The translations under genes were made by a program, and so were the position numbers. A stretch of DNA of 64,000 bases. Source: Myxococcota bacterium. GTDB lineage: Bacteria > Myxococcota_A > Polyangia > Nannocystales > Nannocystaceae. Shown one piece after another: positions 20,219-30,563 of this stretch; position 1 is the first letter of the stretch, and every line of letters begins with the position of its first letter. Below the pieces are notes generated by a model that saw nothing but the letters and a program-made list of their open reading frames with translations, was not told the DNA's origin and did no database searches. Where the stretch lies: the NCBI GenBank assembly GCA_039028615.1, contig JBCCHT010000001.1, positions 64,001 through 128,000 of the forward strand. Direction: 5' to 3'.

Positions 20219-21978
20219 GCGTCTCCTTTGTACTTGGCCGTGAAGGGGGCGAAGGGTCGTCCTCCGCCCTCGAAGAACGTGTCCAAGAACTCGAGTAGCT
20301 GCAGTCGAGCCGGGTGCACGACCGAGCCGATGACCGCCATCGCGAAGTTGAAGGCGTGACCCAGGACCAGGACCACCGCGGCGGCGATCGTGCCCAGCAC
20401 TCCGTCGGCCAGGGTCGCGGCGATGGTGTTGACGACCATCGCGATGATTCCCGACGACAAGCCGAGGCCGAAGATGCGAGCGTACGAGGCGACGTTGCCG
20501 AGCAAGCCGCTGACGTTGTAGAGCGCCCACAGGCCCCCGCCCAGTCGAGGTCCCAAGCCGCGCTCGGGGGCGGCGAAGACCAGCAGGGTCAAGCAGACGG
20601 CCGCGAAGGGCCACCACGGCCACGTGCCGATGAGGGCGAGGCTCAAGGTAGGAATGACCAGCAGCCAGGCCAGGGCTCCCAACGCGGCCTGGAGCCTCCG
20701 CTGCCGCAGCATGAGCCCGAGGCGGATGGCCATGCCCAGACCGAGCTGCACCACGCCGAAGCCGAGCGAGGCGTAGAACAGCTGCTCGGGGCGGTCGACC
20801 AGCGTGAAGAGCAGCGCGTCGGCGGGCAGGTCGAGCCACTCGTGCATGCGGACGCCGAAGACGTTGCCGAGCAAGGCTCCGATGCCCATCGTGCACAGCC
20901 CCAGGACCACCGCCCACCGCAGCAGGACCCGCAGGTCACCCGAGGGGCGGCCCCAGGCCAAGGCCGCCCACGACAGCCCGGTGAGCACCAGGCCGTAGCC
21001 GAGGTCGCCCAGACAGAAGCCGAAGAACAAGCCCATGAACGGGGCGATGAGCGGGGTGGGGTCGAGTTCGCCGTACGAGGGGAGCTTGAAGGCCGCGACC
21101 AGCGGCTCGAAGGTCCGCACCACGGGCGGGTTGTCGAGGGCGACGGGGACCGGCGTGCCGACGCCCGGAGGGCCGACCAGCAACACCGCGGTCTCTTCGG
21201 CGAGCCGACCACGGAGGACGGGGAGGTCTCGCGTGGCGCAGTGACCTTCGACGGTGAACAAGCGCGGATCGGTGTCGGTGCCCTGCCGCACTCGCAGGTA
21301 CTCGATGCGGTCGTCGAGCGAGGCCTCGTAGGCGCTCAGGCGGGGAGCTTCGGTACGCAGGTCTTCGAGCCGAGCGGTGAGCCGACCGTGCTCGGTTCGT
21401 GTTTCGTCGATGTCCTGCTCGACGGCTGCCAGTGCGCGGGGCGGCAGCTCGAGGACGGGCAGCGGCAACCCCTCGTCGGGTTCCGGGCTCACGGTGATGA
21501 CCTCGACGCGACCTCGCCCGCGGGGGCGCACGCTCGCCCACGCCAGCTCGTCCAGTGCGTCCGCGTCGAGCTCGCCGCGCCCGACCCGATGCACCCCGAC
21601 CACGACGCCCTGACGCTCGAGCCAGCGCAGGTCCTCGGGGTCCACGTCGGCCCAGGGCACCGCCAGGCGCCGCTCATCCTCGAGCGCAGTCAGGCGGGTC
21701 GCGAGGGCGTCGATGTGCCCAAGCACCTGCTCCGCCCGCTCCACGACCGCCGCGGCATGCTCGGGGTCCATCGTGGTCGCGGCCGTGGTTTCACCGCCGA
21801 GCCGGGCCCGGACTCGCCGTACACGGTCCCGCTGCGCTCGAAGTTCACTGGCCTCGGCGGGCAGCTCGTCCGGCGCATCGACGTCGACCACCGCGGCCGA
21901 CCGCAGCGTCTTCAGCACGGCGTCGCGATCCTCTCGCGCACCGACGATCGTCACTCGACTCATCTCAACGACGGCCAT
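20215..21978 (-). CDS. ntpI: V-type ATPase subunit I (a)
   Basis: PVALDNP, LPSYGELDPT, FFGFCLGDLGYG, ASYARIFGLGLS (essential Arg), VHPARLQLLEF, FEGGGRPFAPF. Confidence 0.9.
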   Translation of the reverse strand: MAVVEMSRVTIVGAREDRDAVLKTLRSAAVVDVDAPDELPAEASELRAQRDRVRRVRARLGGETTAATTMDPEHAAAVVERAEQVLGHIDALATRLTALEDERRLAVPWADVDPEDLRWLERQGVVVGVHRVGRGELDADALDELAWASVRPRGRGRVEVITVSPEPDEGLPLPVLELPPRALAAVEQDIDETRTEHGRLTARLEDLRTEAPRLSAYEASLDDRIEYLRVRQGTDTDPRLFTVEGHCATRDLPVLRGRLAEETAVLLVGPPGVGTPVPVALDNPPVVRTFEPLVAAFKLPSYGELDPTPLIAPFMGLFFGFCLGDLGYGLVLTGLSWAALAWGRPSGDLRVLLRWAVVLGLCTMGIGALLGNVFGVRMHEWLDLPADALLFTLVDRPEQLFYASLGFGVVQLGLGMAIRLGLMLRQRRLQAALGALAWLLVIPTLSLALIGTWPWWPFAAVCLTLLVFAAPERGLGPRLGGGLWALYNVSGLLGNVASYARIFGLGLSSGIIAMVVNTIAATLADGVLGTIAAAVVLVLGHAFNFAMAVIGSVVHPARLQLLEFLDTFFEGGGRPFAPFTAKYKGDA

Positions 21979-22603
21979 CGAGCCCTCCCCGTGCCGCGGC
22001 GTTCGACTTGGCGAGGATCTTGCCCTTGGCGATCTTCGCTCGGCACACCGCGGCCGTCTGTTGGTCGCCCAGGTACACCCGAAGACGACGGATATTGTTC
22101 TTCGCCCGTGGGATCAGGACCTCGTCGTAGAGGTTGATCCGCTGCGTGGTCCGGCGAAGCTCCTGCTCCACGCGCTCGTACTGCGTATCCATGACCTCGG
22201 CTTCGGCCTGGTGCCGGGCCCGTTCCCGACGCAGCTCGATGGCGTCGTCGAACGACGGCGGCGTCAGCAGCAGCGATGGCGTCTCGGGGCCGAAGTGCAC
22301 CGCCTCGAAGACCGGGACGGCGACCCCGGCGATGCTGCCCTCATGGGTGACGACCTGATCGACCCGAGCGAAACGCTCTACCCGGGGCCAACGATGCCGC
22401 AGCATCGGCGCCCATGCTTCGGCTCGCTCCCGCAGGGCCTGGCGCGCCCGTCCGAGCCGCTCGCGACGAGCCTCGATCTCCCGCAACGCCGTCTGCAGCC
22501 TCTGCTTGCGCAGCTCGAGCGTGGGCAGAAACTCCCGATACAGCCGCAGCTCTTGCCGCTGCTCTCGCAGCGCGTTCTTGTTGAGCCGGAGCTTGGCGCT
22601 CAT
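21965..22603 (-). CDS. ntpD: V-type ATPase subunit D
   Basis: [41 protein letters not shown] at 22603. Confidence 0.9.
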   Translation of the reverse strand: MSAKLRLNKNALREQRQELRLYREFLPTLELRKQRLQTALREIEARRERLGRARQALRERAEAWAPMLRHRWPRVERFARVDQVVTHEGSIAGVAVPVFEAVHFGPETPSLLLTPPSFDDAIELRRERARHQAEAEVMDTQYERVEQELRRTTQRINLYDEVLIPRAKNNIRRLRVYLGDQQTAAVCRAKIAKGKILAKSNAAARGGLDGRR

Positions 22604-23916
22604 GCCCCCGCTCCCTCCTTCGGCCAGCGAGCAACGAGCACCTCGCGCTTGATGCCGACCTCCTCCGGGGCGTAGCACTCGGCCAGCGTCTTCCACCCCA
22701 GGTCCAGCGCGTCGTTCAGGCCGAGCTCGACCGACAGGTCCATGAAGCGCTCGCGAAACAGCGCACCGTAGCGCTGGTGCTTGGCGTCGGTCTCGGTGCG
22801 CTCGAAGCCCATCGCGAGCTTCTTGTCCGACTCCTGCGCCCGCGCGTAGAGCCGAATCATGGCGTTCATCAGCGGACCGTGGTCCTCACGCGTGGCACTG
22901 CCGATGACGAGCTGCTTGAGCCTCGAAAGCGAGCCGAAGGGGCTGATCACCCCGTGTTCGAGGTAGTACTGCCCCTCGGTGATGTACCCGGTGTTGTCGG
23001 GCACGGGGTGGCCGAGGTCTCCGCCCGGCATGGTGGTGACCCCGAGGATGGTGATCGAGCCGGCCCCGTCGAAGTCGACCGCTTTTTCGTAGCGCGCGGC
23101 GAGTTCCGAGTAGAGCGAGCCGGGGAAGCCCAGGTTCGAGGGCACCTGCTCCATGGCCACGCCGATCTCCTTGAGCCCGTCGGCGAAGGCGGTCATGTCG
23201 TTGAGCAACACGAGCACCCGATGCCCCGCCACCGCGAGCTGCTCGGCCGTGGCCAAGGCCATGTCGGGCACCAGCAGGCGCTCGACGACCGGATCCGCGG
23301 CGGTGTGCACGAACATGACCGTCCGCCCCATGACGCCGCCGTCCTCGAAGGCCCGGCGGAAGAAGATCGAGTCGTCGAACTCCAGACCGATGCCTCCGAA
23401 CACGATGACGTCGGCCTTGGCCTGCAGCCCGATGCGCGCGAGCAGCTCGTTATAGGGTTCACCTGCGGCCGAGAAGATGGGGAGCTTCTGGCTCTCCACC
23501 AGCGGGTTGAACACGTCGATCATCGGGATGCCGGTCTCGATCATTCGGTGCGGCACGGTGCGACGGACCGGGTTGACCGAGGGGCCCCCGATGCCGACGG
23601 CGGGTCCTTCGTCGACGGGCGGCTTGCCGTCCCGAGGTCGCCCCGAGCCGTCGAAGATTCTCCCCAGCAAGCGCTCACTGACCCGCACCTGCATGGGCCG
23701 CCCGAGGAACCGGACGCTGGCCGCCGTGCTCAGGCCACGAGTGCCGTCGAGCACCTGCAGTGAGACCCGGCGCCGATCGATGCGCACCACTCGGGCCGTG
23801 CGTGACTCGCCGTCGGGATTTCGCAACACCGCCAGGTCACCGTTGCCCACGCCGTCGGCCAGGACCTGGGCGATGTCGCCTCGGATTTCCTCGATTCCTC
23901 GGTACGTCTCGATCAT
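22600..23916 (-). CDS. ntpB: V-type ATPase subunit B
   Basis: [66 protein letters not shown] at 23916. Confidence 0.95.
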   Translation of the reverse strand: MIETYRGIEEIRGDIAQVLADGVGNGDLAVLRNPDGESRTARVVRIDRRRVSLQVLDGTRGLSTAASVRFLGRPMQVRVSERLLGRIFDGSGRPRDGKPPVDEGPAVGIGGPSVNPVRRTVPHRMIETGIPMIDVFNPLVESQKLPIFSAAGEPYNELLARIGLQAKADVIVFGGIGLEFDDSIFFRRAFEDGGVMGRTVMFVHTAADPVVERLLVPDMALATAEQLAVAGHRVLVLLNDMTAFADGLKEIGVAMEQVPSNLGFPGSLYSELAARYEKAVDFDGAGSITILGVTTMPGGDLGHPVPDNTGYITEGQYYLEHGVISPFGSLSRLKQLVIGSATREDHGPLMNAMIRLYARAQESDKKLAMGFERTETDAKHQRYGALFRERFMDLSVELGLNDALDLGWKTLAECYAPEEVGIKREVLVARWPKEGAGA

Positions 23917-25688
23917 GCTGCACCTTCCATCGGTTCGCGTCCCGTCTGTTCGAGCACGAGCGCGTCGATGCGACGGTCGTGCTCGTCGTGGGCCTCGGTC
24001 CCCGGCTCGCAGTAGGCCTTTTGGTAGAAGGCGTCGGTCAGTCGGGTGAAGAAGCGGCGCGCGGCGGCCTTGCTCTCGAAGCGCCACGGACTGGCGAGGA
24101 CCTCGTGCAGCCGCAGCAGGTCAGCGCGCTGACGCTCGATGGGCGTGGCGGCATCCACGTCGTCGAACGCGTTCTGCTGCAGATAGACCGCGTCGAGCAG
24201 CTCTCCGCTCAGGTAGGCGACCAGGTCGTCGAGACCGACCCCCTCCTCCCCGACCACCGTCATCATGCGGCGAACCTGGGCGCCCCGAGCCAGGCATTCG
24301 CTCGTGACGGCCACCGCTTCGGTCCATGCCGGGTCCTGCTCGCCGAAGCGCGGCCCGTAGCGCGACCAGGAGTCGAGCGGGTCGATCGCGGGGTACTTGC
24401 GCTCGTCCGAGCGGGCTCGGCTGAGGCCGATGAACGCCCCCACGACCTTGAGCGTGGCCTGGGTGACCGGCTCCTCGAAGTTGCCGCCCGCGGGCGACAC
24501 CGTGCCCACCAGGGTCACCGCCCCGGTCTCCCCTCCGTGCAGCCGCACCAACCCCGCGCGCTGGTAGAGGCCCGCGATGCGGGTGTCGAGGTACGCGGGG
24601 AAGGCCTCCTCGCCGGGGATTTCCTCGAGGCGCCCCGACATCTCGCGCATGGCCTGCGCCCACCGTGAGGTCGAGTCGGCGAGCACGAGCACGTCGAGCC
24701 CGAGCTGGCGGTAGTACTCGGCCAGCGCCATGCCCGTGTAGATCGAGGCCTCGCGCGAGGCGACCGGCATCGAGGACGTGTTGCAGACGATGATGGTGCG
24801 GTCCATCAGCGTGCCGCCCGTCTTGGGGTCGGGCAGCTTGGGCAGCTCGTCGATGGTCTCCACCACCTCGCCCGCCCGCTCGCCGCAGGCGACCACGATG
24901 ACGACATCGACCGCGGCGTGACGCGCCAGCAGCTGCTGCAGGACCGTCTTGCCCGCGCCGAAGGGCCCGGGAATGCAGGCCGTCCCCCCGCGCGCGATGG
25001 GAACTAGGGTGTCGATGATCCGGCACCCGGTCGTCAGGCGCTCGTTGGGATACAGCCGCTCGGCGTACGCCGCGATGGCCCGCTTGACCGGCCAGCGCTG
25101 GCAGAGGGTGACCTCGTGGGTCCGCCCCTCGTCGTCGCGCAGGGTGGCGACGCAGTCGTGCACCCGGACCTGCCCCGGGTCGGCGACATGGGTCACCGTG
25201 GCCGTGCCGCGCAAGTCGAGCGGCGCCAGGGTGCGATGGCGAAGGTGCCGCTCGTCGACCCAGCCCAGCCAATCGCCGGCCCTCACCCGGTCACCGACCT
25301 CAGCCGTGGGGTGGAAGGCCCAACGCCGCTCGGGATCGATGGCCGGGGCGGTGGCCCCTCGACGCAAGAAGAAGCCCTGGCGGTCGTCCAGCTGCTGAAG
25401 CGGCTTGTGCAGCCCGTCGTAGATGACCCCCAGCATGCCGGGACCCAACGTGACCGACAGCTGCTCGCCGGTCAGCTCGACCGGCATGCCGACCCGGATG
25501 CCGTGAGTGTCCTCGAACACCTGCAGGTAGGCCTCGCGTCCCTCGATGCGAATCACCTCCGCCTGCAGACGCTCGCGGCCACACACGACGTAGCCGACCT
25601 CGCTGTGCATCGCGGCGCCGGGCAGCTGCGCCACCACGAGGTTGCCGTTGACTCCGATCACTCGACCGGTCCTGCTCGCATCACTCAT
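23913..25688 (-). CDS. ntpA: V-type ATPase catalytic subunit A
   Basis: Walker [80 protein letters not shown]. Confidence 0.97.
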   Translation of the reverse strand: MSDASRTGRVIGVNGNLVVAQLPGAAMHSEVGYVVCGRERLQAEVIRIEGREAYLQVFEDTHGIRVGMPVELTGEQLSVTLGPGMLGVIYDGLHKPLQQLDDRQGFFLRRGATAPAIDPERRWAFHPTAEVGDRVRAGDWLGWVDERHLRHRTLAPLDLRGTATVTHVADPGQVRVHDCVATLRDDEGRTHEVTLCQRWPVKRAIAAYAERLYPNERLTTGCRIIDTLVPIARGGTACIPGPFGAGKTVLQQLLARHAAVDVVIVVACGERAGEVVETIDELPKLPDPKTGGTLMDRTIIVCNTSSMPVASREASIYTGMALAEYYRQLGLDVLVLADSTSRWAQAMREMSGRLEEIPGEEAFPAYLDTRIAGLYQRAGLVRLHGGETGAVTLVGTVSPAGGNFEEPVTQATLKVVGAFIGLSRARSDERKYPAIDPLDSWSRYGPRFGEQDPAWTEAVAVTSECLARGAQVRRMMTVVGEEGVGLDDLVAYLSGELLDAVYLQQNAFDDVDAATPIERQRADLLRLHEVLASPWRFESKAAARRFFTRLTDAFYQKAYCEPGTEAHDEHDRRIDALVLEQTGREPMEGAA

Positions 25689-26257
25689 CGCCAGTCCTCC
25701 TCGGGGAGTTCCCCGTCGTCACGAAAATCCCAGGCCTGCTGCACCGTCGCGGCCACGATGCGGGCGACGACCGCTTCGGTGGAAAACGGGCTGCCCCCCA
25801 CCAGCGCCTCGAGCTCCCGCACGCGAGCCGTATCCAGCGCTCGCTCCCGAAGCTCCGGGGTGGCGGCGCCCTCCGCCTCGGTGACCACCGCGGCCACGCT
25901 CGCCGCATGGTCGGCGACATCGGGTCGCGGCGCCGGCCAGTCCAGGCCTCGGGCCGCCGCGCGTCGGGCCGCCAGGGCCTCCCGTAGCGCGCGGTCGAAG
26001 CTCAGCCACTGCGCCATCGCTTCATGCCCACACTCTTGCGCCAACCGGAGCGCCCGCTCCATGCGGTCGCGGTCGGCCGCGACCGGCTCGTCTGCGCGCT
26101 CCGTGTCACTCAGCTCCAGCAAAGCCTCCACCAGCATCTGGTCGGCCTCGCCGAGCTCGGGCAGGCAGCGCTCCACCAAGGCCAGCATGGGCATCGCAGG
26201 CGCCTGCGGACCCTCGGGGGCGGGCGGCAGCGCGGTGAGCAGCTCGTAGTGCCTCAT
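25685..26257 (-). CDS. DUF2764-like protein (V-ATPase subunit C analog)
   Basis: N-terminal YELLTALP, WLSFDRALREALAARRA. Lies between E and A, as in Chlamydia/Bacteroidetes-type operons. Confidence 0.7.
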   Translation of the reverse strand: MRHYELLTALPPAPEGPQAPAMPMLALVERCLPELGEADQMLVEALLELSDTERADEPVAADRDRMERALRLAQECGHEAMAQWLSFDRALREALAARRAAARGLDWPAPRPDVADHAASVAAVVTEAEGAATPELRERALDTARVRELEALVGGSPFSTEAVVARIVAATVQQAWDFRDDGELPEEDWR

Positions 26258-26910
26258 CCCTCGCCTCCCGCCGCGAACAGCTGCGCGCGGAGCCGCGGTG
26301 ATGCGAAGCGCAGCAGCACCTCGCGCAGCGCGTCGTCGGTCACGTCGAGTTCTAGTCCGTCCCCGCGCAGGCGAAGCCCCGCCCGTACGTCAGCGTCGAA
26401 GCGCACGGTCACGCCCTCGTCCAGGTCGCGGACCACCGCCTCGACGAACGCCCCGTCCAGTCGCGCCCGCTCGGCCGCGGGGAGCAAGACTTCGAGGTCA
26501 CCACCACCGTGGGCGAACGCCCGCACCGCTTCGCGCAGCATCGCCCCCAGCTGCGCAGGGTCCTCCAGCACGCCGGCCAGCGCGCCATCGATGGTCGGGA
26601 CCACCACGCTACGCTCGAGGGCTTGTCGAAACGCCAACAACCCGGCGGCGCTCGCCTGAGCCAGCTCGTGCTCGAGCTGCGCCGTGCGTCGGTTCGCCTC
26701 GGCTTCGGCCGCGGCGACGACCCGCTCGGCCTCGACTCGGGCCTCGTCGATCAACGTTCGGGCCTCGGCTCGCGCCTGCTCCAACCGCGCCTCGGCCTGC
26801 TGCTCTCCGGCCTCGATGCCCCGTCGTCGTAGCGCATCCACCACCCGCTCGAGCCCATGGATTTGCGCATCCAACGCGGGATCTCCATCCGTCCTACTCA
26901 TGAGATTCAC
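26254..26910 (-). CDS. ntpE: V-type ATPase subunit E
   Basis: LRRRGIEAGEQQAEARLEQARAEA coiled coil; C-terminal DVTDDALREVL..FASPRLR..LF. Alternative ATG at 26901 has GGAG. Confidence 0.8.
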   Translation of the reverse strand: MNLMSRTDGDPALDAQIHGLERVVDALRRRGIEAGEQQAEARLEQARAEARTLIDEARVEAERVVAAAEAEANRRTAQLEHELAQASAAGLLAFRQALERSVVVPTIDGALAGVLEDPAQLGAMLREAVRAFAHGGGDLEVLLPAAERARLDGAFVEAVVRDLDEGVTVRFDADVRAGLRLRGDGLELDVTDDALREVLLRFASPRLRAQLFAAGGEG

Positions 26911-26965
26911 TCCACCGTTGCTGCCTTCAAAAGCACCATGAGCCGCGATTTAGACCCCATCGAAC

Positions 26966-27000
26966 GATTAGTTCTCTCGTGATAGATTAGTTTTATTCAT
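26966..27000. promoter_or_regulatory. Putative LysR operator in the divergent ntpE/LysR intergenic region
   Basis: GATTAGTT direct repeat (26966, 26985). ATTAGTTTTATTCAT contains T-N11-A and abuts the LysR ATG. Confidence 0.5.
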
Positions 27001-27904
27001 GCCTACCAAGCTCCCCTCGCTGTCTGCGCTCCAGACCTTCGAGGCGGCAGCGCGGCACTGCAGCTTCACCGCGGCATCGCGCGAGCTGCATGTGACGCAG
27101 GGAGCCGTGAGTCACCAGATCCGCGCGCTCGAGAGCGACCTCGGCTATCGGCTCTTCGTACGTCGGCCGCGAAAGGTCGAGCTCACCGAAGAAGGTCGGG
27201 TGCTCGGTGACGCGGTCACGCGAGGGCTCGAGCAGATCAGCGAAGCCCTGCGCAGCATCGATGCCCAGCTCGGTCGCGGGTGGCTGACGGTCAGCGTCAG
27301 TCACTCCTTCGCGGTGCGCTGGCTCGTGCCTCGCCTCGAGGATTTCCGCCAGATCCACCCCGACACCGACGTCCGCATCTCTTCGACCAACCGCATGATC
27401 GATCCGCGGCGCGAGGAAATCGATCTATGCATTCGCTACGGCGACGGCGACTACCCCGGGCTCGACCGCGAGCTGCTCATCAACGAAGAGGTCTTTCCCG
27501 TGTGTAGCCCGGCGCTGGTCGACGGCCCCACCCCCCTGCGCCGCCCCGAAGACCTTCGGCACCACGTGCTCCTGCACGACGACGTGCTGGTCGACCATCC
27601 CCGACGCGCCGCCTGGGACCACTGGCTCGCCCTGGCCGGCCTCGACCTCGACCTCGACCCGCACTCCGGGCCCCACCTCAGCCACACCAGCATGACGATG
27701 ACCGCCGCGCTCGCGGGTCAGGGGGTCGCGCTGGGGCGCACCTGCCTGGCCGCAGACGACCTCGAGGCGGGACGCCTGGTCCGCCCCTTCGGCCCCTCGT
27801 TTCGCTCGCCGTTTTCGTACTGGCTGGTGGCGCGACCCGGCGGGCTGCGGCGCAAGCCGGTCGCCGGGTTCATCGCCTGGCTGCGCGCCAGCATGCCGAA
27901 GTGA
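26999..27904 (+). CDS. LysR family regulator (GcvA-like)
   Basis: LPSLSALQTFEAAARHCSFTAASRELHVTQGAVSHQIRALE, FAVRWLVPRL, GQGVALG. Confidence 0.92.
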   Translation: MPTKLPSLSALQTFEAAARHCSFTAASRELHVTQGAVSHQIRALESDLGYRLFVRRPRKVELTEEGRVLGDAVTRGLEQISEALRSIDAQLGRGWLTVSVSHSFAVRWLVPRLEDFRQIHPDTDVRISSTNRMIDPRREEIDLCIRYGDGDYPGLDRELLINEEVFPVCSPALVDGPTPLRRPEDLRHHVLLHDDVLVDHPRRAAWDHWLALAGLDLDLDPHSGPHLSHTSMTMTAALAGQGVALGRTCLAADDLEAGRLVRPFGPSFRSPFSYWLVARPGGLRRKPVAGFIAWLRASMPK

Positions 27905-27971
27905 GCCCCTCGCACGGGGGGTTCACATTCATGGGGCGCGTCATGTCTACGACATGGGAGTCCATGACCGA

Positions 27972-28784
27972 ATGAAACTGCCCCGACTCGCTCGTCGTCC
28001 ACGCACCTGGCGTTCCCGTGGGCCCAGAGCCCTCCGCACCGACGGAGTCCGACCGTCGATCCTCGTCTACAAGAACGACGAGTACGTCGACAAGGACGTG
28101 CTCGAGTTCGCCGAACTGAGTCAATTCGACCCCATCGTCCTCATCTTGACCGGCAAGGGCCAAGCCACGGGGACGCTCGTGAACGTGGGACGGGACGTGG
28201 GCAAGGTGATCTTGACCGCCGCGCACGTCATCGAAGACGGGGTGCGGAGCGTCTACCTCGAGGGCGCGCCGATCAACGAGACCGAGGGCTCCCCCAGCAT
28301 GGAGGTCGAAGTGGCGAGCACCAAGGCCAGCCCGAATTTCGAGCGGGGCAACGACGACACGCGCCGCTACGACTACGGCGTCATCGTGCTGAAGGACGCG
28401 GTCGACACCATCACCCCCTACACCATCTCCAATACCTGCCCCACCCGCGTGCACGAGGGCATCGTCAACGTCGGCGGCTACGGAGACTACGTCAACACCT
28501 CGGGCGCCAACAGCAAGGCGCTCCACAAGCGGGTGTTCCACAGCCTCGTGCGCACCGACGCGTCGAACTGCTCGGTGCTGTTCTCCGACTCTGTCGAGAA
28601 GATCGACAAGGACCCGACCCAGGGCATCTACTGGGGCTACCCCTGGGAGGGCGACAGCGGCGGCCCAGTGTTCACGGGCGGTGTCTTCAACCAGGTGGCC
28701 GGCGTCGTCTCGGGCAAAACCGCGGACGACCGATTCGCCTACGCACGGCCCTCCGCCAACGACATCGTCGGTCTGCTCACCTGA
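27972..28784 (+). CDS. Trypsin-like serine protease
   Basis: Catalytic triad motifs ILTAAHV, YDYGVIVL, EGDSGGPV. Start uncertain (27954 or 27972). Confidence 0.8.
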   Translation: MKLPRLARRPRTWRSRGPRALRTDGVRPSILVYKNDEYVDKDVLEFAELSQFDPIVLILTGKGQATGTLVNVGRDVGKVILTAAHVIEDGVRSVYLEGAPINETEGSPSMEVEVASTKASPNFERGNDDTRRYDYGVIVLKDAVDTITPYTISNTCPTRVHEGIVNVGGYGDYVNTSGANSKALHKRVFHSLVRTDASNCSVLFSDSVEKIDKDPTQGIYWGYPWEGDSGGPVFTGGVFNQVAGVVSGKTADDRFAYARPSANDIVGLLT

Positions 28785-28850
28785 CTCCAAAACGACGCGA
28801 GCCCGGATGACGTTTGCCATCCGAGCCCGCGGGTCGAGGTGAAGAGGCTC

Positions 28851-30563
28851 TCAGCCTTCGCCTTCGGCCTCGGCTGCCCGCTGCCCGACGACGAAGGCCG
28901 CCAGCTCCGCGAGGTCCTCTTCGCTCAGCTTGTCCTCGCCGAACTTGGGCATCTGGGCCTCTTCACCGAACAGGTCGACCGCGCTCGAGTCTCGGATGAC
29001 CCGGGCGACCCACTTCGCCGAGCCGTGGTCGAGCAGGTTGGGCCCAGCGCCCTCGAGGCCCGCTTCGACCTCGTGGCAGCCGCTGCAGTCGAACTCGTCG
29101 TCCCATAGCGTCTTGCCGGTCGCGGCCAGCACGGAGTCGACGTCCTGTTCGCCCTGCAGCTGCCACAGGTACTCGACCAGGGCATCGAGCTGGTCGGCAG
29201 CGATCGCCGTATGCTCGTCGCTCTCGGCCACCTCCGGGTAGGGATCCATGTCCTCGTGGATGGTGCCGCCGAAAAAGCGCGTTTCGTTGGGGTCGCGAAC
29301 CAACGCGGCCAGCCACGCTCGGCTGCTGTAGTCGGTGAGCGAGGGTGCCTCTTCACCGCCGAAGCCATCGAGTTCGTGGCAGTTCTGGCAGTGCTCGACA
29401 TAGAGCGCCCGCACCTTGTACTCGGGGTCGTTGCGATACACCGCGGGCCCGCCCTCGGGCAGCACGCCCTCCTTGGCAAAACCGCGGGCTCGCTCGGCCT
29501 GCGCGTACGCCTGCTTCATCGCCTTTTGGTACGACTCGTTGCCCGCGTCCTTTTGCATCGACAGCGCGGTGAGCCCGACGACGGAGGCCATGATGAGCCC
29601 CATCACCGTCAGCACCACCGCCCGCCCCGCCTTGCCGCGGAGGCCATCGAGGAAGGGCGCGGCCACCATGAAGCCGACCACGCCTCCGGGGATGACCATG
29701 GTGGCGATGGGCTCGAGCGGCCCCTCGAAGAAGGTGCGCAGCTCGTACAAGAACAGGAAGTACCACTCCGGTCGCGCCTGAAAGCCCGAGGTGGGGTCGG
29801 CGGGGCCGAACAGCTCCGAGCCGTGGGTCTTGACGGTGATGCCCACCAACGCGATGGCGACCAGCAGCATCGCCACCATGTCGACCAGCAGCTGCCCCGA
29901 GACGAAGGGCTTGCTCTTCGAGTCGGGCTGCTCCGCCTCGGTCGCCTGGCCACGCCGCCCGAGCACCACGATGGCCGCGAGCAGCAGGCCCGCGACCAAC
30001 GGCAGCACGAACGCATGCGCCGCGAACAAGCGGGTCAGGGTCAGGTTGCCGGCCTGGCCTCCGCCCTGCACCACGGTGCGCAGCGCCTCGCCGCCGGGCG
30101 TCTGCTCCATGATTCCGAACTCGACCTGCGCGGCCCAGTAGCCCTGCTCGTCCCAGGGCAGGATGTTGCCGGTCACGCCCAGCGCCATCGTCACGATGAG
30201 CAGGCCCAGGGTCGAGATCCAGACGATTTCGCGAGGTCGGCGGTACGCCCCGGTGAACGCCAGCTGAGCGAGGTACAGCCCCGCGCACAGGATCATGGCC
30301 GAGGTGCCGTAGTGGTGTAGCCCCCGCAAGAACCAACCCGAGGCCACCTGGTCGTTGAGATAGGCCGTGCTCGCCCACGCATCGGAGGCGGAGGCGCTGT
30401 AGTGGGAGGCCAGCAGTACGCCGAGCACCCCCTGCTGCACGAACAGGTACACCAACACGGCCGGCAGCACGTTGGTGAGCCGCGCTCCGCCGGGCACGGG
30501 ATGCTCGGCGAAACTCCGCCAAAGCCCCGGCAGCGCGGTGCGCTCTTCCAGCCAATCGCGCAT
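28851..30563 (-). CDS. Cytochrome b (b6 + subunit IV type) fused to a diheme cytochrome c; heme bH ligands absent
   Basis: LRGLHHYG, LPWDEQGYWA, TLTRLFAAH, ARPEWYFLFLY, CQNCH and CSGCH. ATG at 30563 overlaps the Rieske TGA. Confidence 0.88.
   Translation of the reverse strand: MRDWLEERTALPGLWRSFAEHPVPGGARLTNVLPAVLVYLFVQQGVLGVLLASHYSASASDAWASTAYLNDQVASGWFLRGLHHYGTSAMILCAGLYLAQLAFTGAYRRPREIVWISTLGLLIVTMALGVTGNILPWDEQGYWAAQVEFGIMEQTPGGEALRTVVQGGGQAGNLTLTRLFAAHAFVLPLVAGLLLAAIVVLGRRGQATEAEQPDSKSKPFVSGQLLVDMVAMLLVAIALVGITVKTHGSELFGPADPTSGFQARPEWYFLFLYELRTFFEGPLEPIATMVIPGGVVGFMVAAPFLDGLRGKAGRAVVLTVMGLIMASVVGLTALSMQKDAGNESYQKAMKQAYAQAERARGFAKEGVLPEGGPAVYRNDPEYKVRALYVEHCQNCHELDGFGGEEAPSLTDYSSRAWLAALVRDPNETRFFGGTIHEDMDPYPEVAESDEHTAIAADQLDALVEYLWQLQGEQDVDSVLAATGKTLWDDEFDCSGCHEVEAGLEGAGPNLLDHGSAKWVARVIRDSSAVDLFGEEAQMPKFGEDKLSEEDLAELAAFVVGQRAAEAEGEG

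Noticed and set aside
28851..30563. Cytochrome b as a pseudogene
   Set aside because: No frameshift or stop; Qo motif, bL His, both CxxCH motifs and coupling to the Rieske gene are intact.
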